DNA of 64,000 nucleotides from Camelus ferus (taxonomy: Eukaryota), in the NCBI RefSeq assembly GCF_009834535.1, contig NC_045696.1, forward strand, positions 54,624,001 to 54,688,000, written 5' to 3'. Positions 41,001-52,860 of this stretch are shown here, in pieces. The position numbers were made by a program, and so were the translations under genes. The notes under the pieces are model-generated. The model was not told the DNA's origin, searched no databases, and saw only the letters and a program-made list of their open reading frames with translations. Each line of letters starts with the position of its first letter. Within the stretch, counting starts at the first letter, position 1.

Positions 41001-41889
41001 CTTCTGCCTTGCCTCAACGGGCAGAGAAACTGCTAACATCAGCAGTGTTTTATCTTAGTGTTAATCCCTCTTATCACTGTTCAGAATTAAGCTAAACCCA
41101 AACCCACATTCCCCATGTTGTTGACATGAAACAGTCAATATCTTTCTTTTTTCTTCCTTTGCCTATCAATAGATATGTTGTACTATACAGTACTCAGCAT
41201 GCAAATTAGGTAAAGAAGCATAAGGCATGCTATTAGACCCTAGGGTTATCGTTCAGGAAAAGAATTGAGGAAAATATGCAACAGAACATGAAATGCTTTC
41301 TTTCCTCACATGTCTTTGTGAAAGGTCTGGGATGAATTTTAGACACGTATATTAAGATTTAAGGATTGAACACTTAGTTCAAGTTCCATTAAAACTTAAA
41401 CCAAAAGCTTTAACTTTGCAAGATGAGGGCTACAGAAAGTTAAAAGAACATTTTGCTGAAGGCTTGCAGAGAGAACAATTCTAACTTCAGCTGCTGGTGG
41501 TTCTCTTTACAGGTTGACCTTCTTCTGCCTCCTAGGGCATACATTAGCATGTCCAGAAAGTGCGTTAACTCGGGTATTCCCACTCCCTGCAATATCTGAA
41601 TATTTCAAAACTACAGAAAGCTTATCAAAAGGTGCACAGAGCTACCCCTGCTGCTATCAGTTAAAATGCAGTCAATGGAAACTACAGGGACAGTTTCTCC
41701 CCAAACTGAAAATAACATGCTGAAGTCCTGTCCTCCAAATACCTTCATCACTCCTGATGACACTGCCGTTGTCCTTTCTTTGGAGCTTTCTCCTTCATCC
41801 TCTTCCATTTAATGTCAAGCCATAGCAATCTCTCTTCATCTCTTTCATTTCTCACAACCTATTGCACACAGGAATCAAATACAATGTGC

Positions 41890-42115
41890 TCCAATGGAAG
41901 GGTCATGAGCTTTGGAGTCCGGTTCAGATATCAGTATCATGCTCATCAACTGTGTGTATTTAACCTCTCCGTTTTCAATTTCTCAGTTATACAATGGGCA
42001 TTATATAAACCTCTTTGGGTTATTTTTAATATCACAAATGTGATAATACATGAAATTTATTGAGTGCACTGCCTGGTGCATCATGAGCTCTTGACAAATG
42101 ACGGCAAGCATTATC
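41890..42115 (+). mobile_element. MIR SINE
   Basis: 'gagctttggagtccggttcag...tttaacctctccgttttcaatttctcagttatacaatggg...gcactgcctggtgcat'. Confidence 0.72.
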
Positions 42116-42189
42116 ATCATGTAAAGCTCATCTTAGAGTAGACATTCAAATACATCCTGGGGAAATGCATGTTACTTGTGCTCATGTCA

Positions 42190-43205
42190 CATCCAGCTCT
42201 CCCACTAAAGCCCCTGGGCACACACAGGCTGTATAGGGACTCTCTCAAACAAGGACACCCCTTCAAGGCCACAATAGGTAACTGTTTCATCTAGTTTTAT
42301 AGGGACAGAGAAAGTTAAGCAAAATGGAAAAAGAGAGGAATTTGTTTCAGTTGAAAGAATAAAGCAAAAACTCTGAAAAAATAATAAAACAAAAATAAAT
42401 AATTTACCAGATAAAGAGTTCAAAGCTTAAGTAATGAGAACGCTAAGTAAATTAGGGAAAAGAATAGATGAATACAGTGATAATTTTAAGAAGAAACTAG
42501 AAAAATATAAGAAAGAGCCAGTCAGAACTGAAGAATACTCAAATGATAACCACATTAGAAGGAATTAACAGCAGATGAGGTGATACAGAATAAAGTGTCA
42601 GTGATCTGGAAGACAGAATGAAAATCACTGAATCAGAACAGTAAAAAGAAAACAAACAAACAAACAAAAATGAGAACAACTTAAGTGACCTCTGGAACAA
42701 CATCCAGTGTACTAACACTCACATTATTGGGATCCCAGAAGGAGAAGAGAGAGAAAGAAGTAGAAAATGTATTTGATGTAATTATGGCTGAAAACTTCCC
42801 AAATCTGAAGAAGGAAACAGATATCTAAATACAGGAAGCACAGAAGGTCCCAAATACAAGAAGCACAGAGGGTCCCAAACAAGATGAATCCAAAAAGACC
42901 CACACTAAGACATATCATGATTAAAACAGCATAAGTTAAAGACAGAATTCTAAAGCCAGTAAGAGAAAAACAGAGCCATTTTCATGGCTATCAGCTAATT
43001 CTTCTGCATAAAGTTTGCAGGCCAGAAGGGAGTATTTAAAGCACCAAAAGGGAGAAACCTGCCACTAGGGTACTTTACTCAGGAAGATTATCATTTAGAA
43101 TTGAAGGAGAGATGAAGAACTTCTCAGATAAACAAAAACTAAGTGTTCATCAATATTAAACAAACCCTAAAAGAGATGTTAAAGGGTCCTAAGTGGAAAA
43201 AGAAA
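42190..43205 (+). mobile_element. Old L1: distal 5'UTR plus degenerate ORF1, no ORF2
   Basis: ORF1p motifs: NLPDKEFK, ISDLEDR-like, LWNNIQCTNTHIIGIPEGEERE, IMAENFPNL, QEAQRVP, RPTLRHIMIK, LSFRIEGEMKNFSDKQKL. Contains an internal 25-bp tandem duplication at about 42827-42878. Confidence 0.92.
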
Positions 43206-44183
43206 AAGTAGACATACAATTAATTCTTATTTTGCCATTATTAGAATAACTAGACTCACCCTCTACACAAAAGGCTTATGCATATACAATTCACTTTGAG
43301 TTCTCCGCTCTGTCTCTGGTATCGTCTATCCTCTAGCCAAGGAATTTATTCTGTATACTGCTACATATTTTTCTCAAGCATTTACTTCTTAAGACATCTG
43401 TGTGATTCAAAGAACATCTTATAACTTCCTGTGGCCTTTCAAGTTAAATATAAATTTCTCTGTTCTTCACCAGCACACCTATCTTACCTACTCTACCAAA
43501 TCTTTTCCGTATCTTTCATAGACAAACTACTGTAGGAAGGCCACACTGGCCACATTATCCCGATATACCTTTCCCTATTTCACCTGGAAGCTTATGAATT
43601 TTTCATCCTGCTTTACCCCATGCAGGAAAAAATTTTCTTGTATTACTATCAATTCAAAATTCTCTATTTTACAAGATCACATGCCATTTCTGTGAAGGCT
43701 TCTGAATTAACACCATTTTGTTCTGAGTTCTTCAATCTATATGCACTCAAAGTGTTTGCTTTTAGTTTGCATTTTACTCGTGTGTTGTACATTGCTTTGC
43801 TTCAGAAAATTTATTCAATATCTGTTTGTCCTTCAGGTTTAAATAAGCTCTTTGAAGCGAGATAACAAACATTTTATATGCTATCTACCCCGAAGTTTGT
43901 GAATGTATCAGAACACCAGAACAAACATTCGTAGACTGTACTCTTCAATAGTATGACCAATATCCGAGCAAGAAGGCACACGTGTGACTGTTTTCCTTCG
44001 TTGAGGCCTCATGCCATTTCTGTTTCCACCCTCTATTGGAAGAATCTGGAATTAATGGAAATCTGATGCTATCTCTATTGCTCTTAAATGACAAGCAGCT
44101 CATTCACTGATGTTCAGAACTCAAGTTATAGTACAGTTCCACCTTTTTTTTTCCCCCTCTTTCATTCCTTTCTTTCTAAGAAT

Positions 44184-44197
44184 GTTGCTATGGAAAC
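44184..44197. promoter_or_regulatory. Candidate RFX X-box GTTGCTATGGAAAC
   Basis: Near-palindromic match to the RFX consensus GTTRCCATGGYAAC. Motif match only. Confidence 0.45.
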
Positions 44198-45514
44198 TGC
44201 ACTAGGTTTTCATTCTCTGTCTTCATCACACTTTGGCTCAAAAGCCAGGGAGAGAGAGACACTGATCAGTGAGGCAATGAGACAGCCTCTGGGGATAGAG
44301 GAAGGCCATGGGGGTAGTATGTATTCTCAGGACATCAGATCACAACTACTCTTTCAGTAAAGACAGGTTGATTTGACCATCCTTTAGGGGGATTTAATTA
44401 AAAACCAGTCTGTGCCAGCTTTATGCAGCGTGGTGGCAACATGGATCACCAGCATCCAATAGTGGCATGTCAAAGAAGGTGAGGGTTACTCAGAAATGGC
44501 CCCACACATATTAAAGGTTTCTGCTGTGTGCTGCTGTCAGGCAAGAAATTTATTCGGGACTCATCCTTTTAGCCAGGGAGATTTACTGACCACGGGTTGA
44601 ATTCACTTTCCATGTTATGAGGTCACTGGGGGCCAGTAAGGTTGCTCTCCCCTTGTTTCTTAGTCTTCTCAGTGGTGAGAATTTTCATGTAGTTCCATCA
44701 ATGGATCAAAGGAAACACCCAGGCTGTGGAAATTATAAACTCTCCTTTTAAGGTACTCTCACTCTGGTTGCAGCAATGACTGCTGATGATATTTCTGCTA
44801 TGATATCCTTTTATACATGGCTTCACAGCTTTACAAGATACCATTGTATTTTTTCTACGTATTTTTACTTTCTCATACATTAGGGTAAAGTATTGGTGCC
44901 TGGAGGCATCCTGAAGAACCCCCTGTAAGCACCTGACACATATCAGCCATGGGTTTCTGATTCTCAATTTGGAAAATCCTCCTGCCTGTTTGCAGGCAAT
45001 GTTTCCTGGGAGTAAACTGTGCCAGCTTTTAAGGCATCTGGCAAGTGGGGAACATGTCCTGAGAATATGGGACTTGATGACCATCTCTCATCTGCATTGT
45101 CCATATCTTCCTAGCTCACTTTCTGCTGATTCTTACACCTGCCAGTTCACATTTTCCTTTGCCTTCATTCCTGCCCTTCTCTCACTTCCTTTATCTTTTA
45201 TTCAACCCCTCTATTCATTGGAGTTCTTAAGGTTTCAGATGTTGCAATCACATGGCCTCCATTGTACCTCATCCTTTCCATATCATATGTGGAAAAGGAA
45301 AGAAATTCAAGTTCTGAGGATCTAATCTCTTAATAGTTATAAGTTGTATCTCTGACACCAATAACAGTCCTTATGAACCTATCACTCATAGTCTTGCCCT
45401 ATATGTAACATATGAATGTGCCTGGTGTAGGAAGCATCATCAGTGTATGTAAGAGCTCTTGAATGATAATACAGGTTTCTTAACACAACAAGTCAATTTA
45501 AAATATTCCCAATT

Positions 45515-46185
45515 AAAATTACAATGTGCCAGGCACTGTATTATGTTAGGAACCCAACAGAAAACAATGGTATCTGATTCACGGAATTTTTAGCCTAGGA
45601 GAGGCATATGAAAGTGAGCAATAAAGAGGTTTGAAGAGGGCATAAAAGGTGCCATGGGGCACAGAGAAGGGGAACAAATTTGGTTTAGAGATAGGAGAGG
45701 TACATGAGCAGACAGGGAAATCTTCTTGGTTGAAGTTATATCTAGTTTAAGACAAATAATGAATGGCAATTGGTAGATAAATAGGAGAGGAGACTAGGAA
45801 AGTAAAGGGAGAACAGTTTTGGGAGCAGAAGAAACAACATGCACAAAATTATTTTAGTAAGATACAGCATGACATATGTAAAGAGTAAAAGAAACTCAAG
45901 ATGGCTAAAGTTCAGGGGGTCACGAGATATTATCAGAAGGTTACAGGGTTCAGATCCTCTAGGGCTTTTTAGGTCACAGGAAGGATTTAAAGATTTGGCC
46001 AGATAATGAATGTTTTTAAGCATAAAAATAATCTGATCAAATTCTTGAAATATAGTAATCCAGTTAGAAGATAATGAATGGTTGCTTTAATTAAGGCTAC
46101 TGTAGTTAGGATAAACAGAAGTGGATGGATACAAGAGATACTGAAGAGGTAGCATCAGCAGAACTTGGTGGGAGACTAGACTCGT
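45515..46185 (-). mobile_element. L2 LINE fragment
   Basis: 'acaatgtgccaggcactgt...gccatggggcacagagaaggg...gaagtggatggatacaagagatactgaagaggtagcatcagcagaacttggtg'. Confidence 0.78.
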
Positions 46186-46189
46186 AAGG

Positions 46190-46295
46190 GTAGGAACTGT
46201 GCTTCTGTTTCTCTGTATCCTTTACAATGCCTGCCATGGTATTCTAAGTGCAGAAGGGACACGATAAATATTTGTTGAATGAATGAATAAATGAA
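46190..46295 (+). mobile_element. L2 3' terminus
   Basis: 'ctgtatcctttacaatgcctgccatggt...ataaatatttgttgaatgaatgaataaatga'. Confidence 0.8.
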
Positions 46296-47046
46296 GCCTC
46301 TAAAACCTCTCTCCCTGGAAGAAATATGAATTACACTCATGTTTCATTTATAAGGAATGTGATGAATGCTGACAGCAGAAGCAAAGCCTTTTCAGCATCA
46401 GTCATGTTGAAGGAGCTGGTAAGTAGGAATTTCAGAGTACTGCTGTGTGCAACCCCAGGGGACCATGGCTGGTTTGAGGACAAGGACGCAGGGCCTCCAT
46501 CACAAAGACAACTGGGGTAATACCAAGCAGTTAAGGAGGTTAAAAGGGCAGCAGGAAATCTAATTCCACAGTTTTGTAACATAATACAGATTCCTGGAAA
46601 CAAGGCTGGCTTCTGAAGGGCTATAATTGCCCATAACAGAAGATGGAATATGTCACATGAATATATAGGCTGGTACAAAGAAGTTGATTGGGCTTCTAAG
46701 AAGGAATGAGATGGCTAGTTAACACATGGTATTCTGAAAGGCTAATTCCAACCTAGCCATCTTGGCTAGGCATCAGCATATAATTGGCAGCTTTCATTCT
46801 ACTCTACACCCTCTTTCCTTCCTTCACTCCTTTTTATTTCACCCTTTCTCTAGTGTTCCTCCTCTTCTCTTCTCCACTTTTCTTTCATTTTTACCATCAA
46901 TCTCTACTTCTCCCCCAACTCCTACCCTGGTATCAGCGTTAGACTCAGGGAATTAGTCAAGGATCAGTTTGAATCCTGTTTAAATTGAGGTGGGGGGAAA
47001 TAAAGCCTATTTGCCTTCAGCCCAAATCCTCTACCAACAACTTGCA

Positions 47047-47070
47047 ACACACACACACACACACACACAC
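47047..47070. repeat. (AC)12 microsatellite
   Basis: Counted directly. Confidence 0.95.
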
Positions 47071-47129
47071 AATTGGTAGCTGAACACAGTATTTATAACT
47101 GATGCCTCTTCACCAACGTTAAAAATAAA

Positions 47130-47415
47130 GAAAGTGTTAAGAAAATGTACATCTAGACACACTTCCATGTAGCCATCAAAATGCTATTTGTAAAGGGATT
47201 TAAAAAGATGGGAAATGCTTTTGTTATCATGTTAACATGGAAGAAAGTCAGAAAACAAAATCATATTTCAATGTGATTTTGGTTAAGTAAAACAGGCATT
47301 TAAATACTAGAAAGTCATATACTGATGTGTTAGCAGTGATTAATTTTGTACAAGGCTTTCATTTACCTTATCAAATAGTTCTGTATTTCCAATTTGCCTG
47401 CAATAAGCACATGCT
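47130..47415 (+). mobile_element. Very old L1 (L1ME4-like) 3' end
   Basis: 'tagccatcaaaatg...atgggaaatgct...tgttagcagtgatta...ttctgtatttccaatttgcctgcaataagcacatg'. Confidence 0.6.
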
Positions 47416-48064
47416 AATTCCATTTGGGGGAGAGTATTTTAAAAGAAAGGTACAAACAAGACATTATGTGGCATGTTTGTGTGGTGAAGGAAGTATTCTA
47501 AACGATGTTATTGAAATTGATAACATAGGCTCTAAGAGAGTATGAGATTTTTTAAGTGCTGGGTAGAGGCTACATTAAAAAGAGTTAAATGACCTTTTGT
47601 TGGCCCTGATGGTAACTTAAATCAAAGGAGATGTGTAAAGCCCAGAACATGAAGTCTAAGAATCGTGAATGAGGCCAAATGTTCTTGCTCAAAAAGGATT
47701 CCAGCCATCTTTTTAATTTAGTTGATTCTCTAATCCATATTCAGTTCAGAGTGCCATGTTCTATTTAAATTTTTATTTCTTTATTGGAAGCTACCCTACT
47801 CTAATAGGGAAACTCAATGTCCACTATTTACCTATTAGATTTATTTATTTATCTATTCATTTACACTTTGGGAGTTCATTTTGCCTACAAATACCTTTGG
47901 ATCTTCCTATGTATTGCTGTTGTTTTTGTTTCGTTCTAAATCATTTGGCGATACCTAGTTGTGTATGTGGTAGGGGGTGAACATTATTTGTTTTTAATGA
48001 CCAATAGGTCCTTAGCTCTCAGTCCAAATAGGCTGAAGGATGCAATTTCATGCAATCTTTGAAA

Positions 48065-48280
48065 ACACATGATTCGGAATTAGACAGATTTGAATTCATG
48101 TCTCTGGTCCATCAACCATTAAATGTAAAACTTTGGGCAAATTCCTTCATGTCACTAAACTGAATAAAATCTGGATGATAGTATTACTGATCCTGTAAGG
48201 CTATTGGGAATATTATGAAATCATATATGTAACGAACCTGTTGGCATAAAGGGACTGCTCAATAAACGTTAGTTCTTATT
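48065..48280 (+). mobile_element. MIR SINE
   Basis: 'ggaattagacagatttgaattc...ctttgggcaaattcctt...ctgctcaataaacgttagtt'. Confidence 0.78.
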
Positions 48281-49428
48281 TTGATTACCTGGGTACCTAC
48301 AGTCGACTCTGGACAACATACTATCAATATTTCACTTCTTGATAATGATGAGAATAGGGGCATGTTCTAAATTCTCTCATTTCCCCAGGATTCTACACAT
48401 TGAGAAAACATACAAAGACTAACTGTTCCATCCTTCACCTTGTCTGAAAACATCAAAGAGAGAACCTGGAACAGTACTCATGACCTCTTCAATATGTGCA
48501 AAATTCATACGTCATTGTCCCAGGACAGCTAGTGTTCTGTCCTTCATATGAACTCATCTGCTTAAATGGAAAAAAAAAAATATGGTGAATCTTGCAAGTC
48601 TTGCTGCCATCTTCCAGGGGTTCTTATTTGATTTACTAATTCTAGCCTAATAAGGCAAATTTCTGCCACCTAATATCAGTAAGAGGAAAATGGTTCCCCA
48701 TTATTAATTGACCTGTTTAGATCCCAGAACTGAGGCACAGATCTTTCCAAATGATGCTAATAGCACCACTCACTCTAATACATTAGTGCATTAATATTCC
48801 ACCCTTTCTGAGGGGAGAGTGAGCAAGGTTGACATGAAAAGGAATGCCTCTAGAAATCAATTCTCACGCACATTGATACTTGAATAGAAATGATTTAGGG
48901 ATAGAAAAGGTTTACTGTCATCTTCAAATCATACCATATATGTAGTCACCTTCTACCATCCGAAAAGCCAACTTAGATCACCCCAGACGTCACGTAGGAA
49001 GGCAAGACAAGATCATCAGCAATAAAGTCTTAGAAAGTCTACCGGCACAGAAGTGATTCCTGCTACAACACAGCTCCATGCACCTGGACAAGCACAGAGA
49101 ATGGATGGCAGCTGCATGGCAGATTGAGTATAGACAGGGTCAGAGGAAAGAAGCAGTAGAGTGACATATTAAAACACAACTTCAATAACGTCGCATCGCC
49201 CTGAAATGTTGGGAAGCTGTAGCAGCACATACAGAATGGTTTGTTTAAATCAATCCCAGAGAGAATGTGTCTTTTCCTGTAAGTATAGCCTGCAATCCAA
49301 GTAAAGAGACCAAACAGTAACAGTAAAGACAGGAGCTACAGTCACAAAGCAAAGAGTTGTTTAGCAGCTTACTCAGGTATTACATAACAAAGCCACAGAT
49401 TCATTTTTTGTTCATTTATAAATACCAA

Positions 49429-49461
49429 GTGCGCGCGCACACACACACACACACACACACA
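49429..49461. repeat. GT(GC)4(AC)11 compound microsatellite
   Basis: Read directly; unbroken purine/pyrimidine alternation. Confidence 0.95.
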
Positions 49462-50714
49462 AAGTCCAATAGGCACATTTTTAAATACACAGGGCTACAG
49501 AATTACAGAATAAACTTGGAATTTGTATCTGCCTTAGGTCCCAGTGCCTTTACAAACATAATTTAAAAAAAAAAAGTTTATTTCTTTCTCAGTTCATGGC
49601 ATTTTTAAGGCTTTTAAACAGCTCCTCTTTGCATACAATGCTGTGTACTAGCCTAAGCAGCATCTGTGAACCTGCTCAAAAACCTCCCAGGGGCCCACCT
49701 TGGGTATTCCTGGGATGAGTGACTCTGAAGGATGAGTGTATCTTTTAGTGCCTGTTGTCTAGCAAAATGTCACACCACTCAGTACAGACAGATCTGAAGA
49801 ATGAAAGCATCCTGAGTTAAGGATCTGTGAACTGATCTGTTGGAGTTTTAACAGGACAACAAATTCCCCAGAGGGACTCAGAATTAATTCTCCCCCTTAT
49901 AACCAAATTGAACTAGATTCTCCCAAAAATATTCTCCCAAAATATTAACAAATGTATCTTGTATATGTTGATAGTTTAAAAAATCTCTAACTTGCCCTGG
50001 ATAGAGAAGGAAAATGAGAAATGGAAGTCTCTGGATTTCTAGTTAACTATCTCCACAATAACATGACTGAGTATAAGGTGGAGGTGGGGAGAGTAGAAAA
50101 TAGTACAAAAATGAGAATTGGTTTTAAAAAGACAGTATCACTTTATAGTCCCACCTGTGTACAGTATGGCCCTTAATGGGACATTATACAAAGTCCTCCT
50201 AAAGCCAGATGACAGCAAATGCCACAGTTTCTCACTCACAGGGTAAGTGGGTAAGAGGGGTGGTGAGGGAGGCGGGGGCACGACGATCTGAAGGGAAGAG
50301 TAGGGTTTCAGCTGCTGGAGAACCGACAGATGTGAAGACAGTCATTGCTTCCTGACTACCTGAAGTGCCTCCTCACGCTCTTACTATTCATGGGAACAAA
50401 TGCAGAGACCTGACTGAAGGATGGTGTAATGCTCATAAAATATGAAGATAAGCAAGGTTGCAAAAGAAATGGGATAGGCAGAATTAAGTAAGAACTCATA
50501 GAAACTTCTTGACAGTGAGGAAGATCTGGATGCCCACCCTTGGGTGAGCTGCCAGTCAGTTCTGACCAGTCTTCTGGCTTTGTTTGATATGGTCATAAAA
50601 CATCAGAGAAATGACATAGTCAGTACCTCATTCTAGGCAAGCTTGGATGGGTGGCACAAGACAATGGATCACAAAACGCAATGATGACCAAAATGTGAAT
50701 ATCAAGTTTATTAT

Positions 50715-51230
50715 TTTATTCAAATTATCCCCTCAACACCCACTGTGTGCCAGTTATTAATTTAGGCTCTAATGATACAGCAGCAAGCAAGACAAAGGAG
50801 TCTCTCCCTCATGCAATATGCTTGTTCAGAAAGACAAATATATGTGGAAGTGATGACTGCAAAGAAGAATAAAGCAGGATAAGGGAACAGAGTGTAAGGG
50901 GTGCTAACCTAGATAGGGCAGTCAGAAGACTTCTCTGAGGAGTTCATTTTGAATGGAACTGAATACAAGGAAGAATGAACCAGATGCAGATGTTTAATGG
51001 AAATCACTCGAGGCAGAGGAACAGCAAGGGCAAAGGGTCTAAGGTGGCTGTCCACTTGGCTTACTCTAGAACCATCAAGGAGTCTGGAGAACCATGTGAG
51101 AGGAAGATGAAGGGAGAAAGTTAATTCTGAGAGTCAGCCAGGGCCAAGATCTTGAGGGTCTCCTTGGCCATGCAGGACATTTGGTTCTATTCTAGAAATA
51201 ATACAAAGCACAAGGAGGGTCAAACACAGT
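50715..51230 (-). mobile_element. L2 LINE 3' fragment
   Basis: 'cacccactgtgtgccag...gatacagcagcaagcaagacaaagg...gtcagaagacttctctgaggag...aggcagaggaacagcaagggcaaagg'. Confidence 0.82.
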
Positions 51231-52439
51231 GCTCGGCTCTTATTAACAGTGAGATGATCAGTGAGATAACCAGAATTAACTTGATACTTGCAAATTGTTA
51301 TCATTATTGTTAAAATATTAAGTCCTTATAGAACATAATAACAATCCATTTTGTTCTAAATACATTTAAAGAGGCTAGCAACAACCTGCAGGGCAACATT
51401 TTAGTAACACTGACAGTTACAACAGCTAAAGCCCAGGCTCTCGGTGGGTTATAGCAGAGAGAACAGGTCCATTCAGTTAGAAATATACATGGGTGATGAG
51501 AAAAGCAAGATCACTTGAGGCAAAAGAGGTTGTGGTGACACTGGCCAGAATTGCACTGTGTATGTGTTATCTGAAGTGCCTGTGAGAATCTGGAATGACC
51601 AGCAATAAAGATGCCACCTAAAATAAAATTAAACTGTAAGCAAGCAAATGTTACCATTAGGAGGCAAAATGGCTTCTGGACCACAGCAACCTTCCTGTGA
51701 GAATTAACATATCTCAAAGAAAATGATGAGCTGAAGCGGAGATAGGTCAGCGAGGGTACTACAGTCAAAGGGAAGTCTCAAAGACATATTCCGCTCCTGC
51801 CCAGGGAAGAAATATCCTGGCATTGTCAAGCTGCTCGGAATGACTGTTCTTTCCGGCAGGTAGATGGAGATGGATGCATGCTGCCATTGGAGCCTGATGA
51901 GACTAAGCATTTGAAACAAGCATCCTGCTCACCAAGCAAACTTCTGTTAATGTGGCTCCCTATGTAGCTTGCCTACAGGGCAGGAATTCACTGGTCAGAC
52001 TGATGCAAATGTCTAGTCCAGTTAACCATAATATTTTTCATTGCAAATTAATACAGTGGCTTTTTTTTTAAATGCTTGTCTTTTGTGAGTTGGTATAAGT
52101 CATCCCCTCTGAATAATCAGCTCAGGGCGTTACCAGACCAAATGCAGGGACCTGCATTGCTGAGGTCTGGACTCCAGCTGTGATGAATTCACCCTGAAAT
52201 GCTACCCTGCAAGGTCTCTTGGCAGCTGGCCTCCTCCTGGGACACAGTGACCTTGCAGTACCTGACATCTGAAATGTTGGCATGTGCATTCCAACACCAG
52301 CTCTCCTGGGAACAGTCACTGTTGGGGCATATGTGCAGGGCGTTGTAAGACGTGATTAATTGAATATTGAAGAAATGTCTCTACTGGTGAGAAAAGAATT
52401 TTAATTATGTATAATATGGACATACTCTTTAAATATGAT

Positions 52440-52640
52440 AACAATACTAATATTTATTGATTTATTGAGCACTAAGTGACAAACACTATATTAAGCATTT
52501 TAAATATGATTTAAGTATATGTTTATTCCCATTTTGAGGACTGGAGAAACAGAAGGTAAGAATGATTAAGTCATTTGTTCAGGGTCATATTTGTAGTAAA
52601 TGATGGAACAGTGATTTGAACTCAGACCTCCTATCCCCCA
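52440..52640 (-). mobile_element. MIR SINE
   Basis: 'atttattgagcact...attcccattttga...gattaagtcatttgttcagggtcat...gatttgaactcag'. Confidence 0.8.
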
Positions 52641-52669
52641 AGTTAACAGAATGTGCTCTGGGGGAAGAG

Positions 52670-52860
52670 TTGCCCTGGTTGGAAACTTGGCTCCACCACT
52701 TACTACATTTTTTGACTTTGGATAAAACACTAACCCCCAAAATTAGTTTTGTCTGTAAATGCCTAACACATAGGATTGTAATAAAGCTTAAATGTAATTA
52801 TAAAAATAAAGGTCTCAGCAACATGAAGTGCTTGGTGATACATCGTGCCCAGAGCGAGCT
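52670..52860 (+). mobile_element. MIR SINE, head-to-head with the preceding MIR
   Basis: 'ctggttggaaacttggctccaccacttact...tgactttggata...tctgtaaatgcctaacacataggattgt'. Confidence 0.75.

Noticed and set aside
52122..52270. H/ACA snoRNA reading of the two main hairpins (ACA at 52265-67 on +)
   Set aside because: No ANANNA H box in the hinge on either strand, and no terminal ACA on minus.
52440..52860. Inverted MIR pair as a dsRNA/editing substrate
   Set aside because: The copies are too diverged to form a long duplex by eye.
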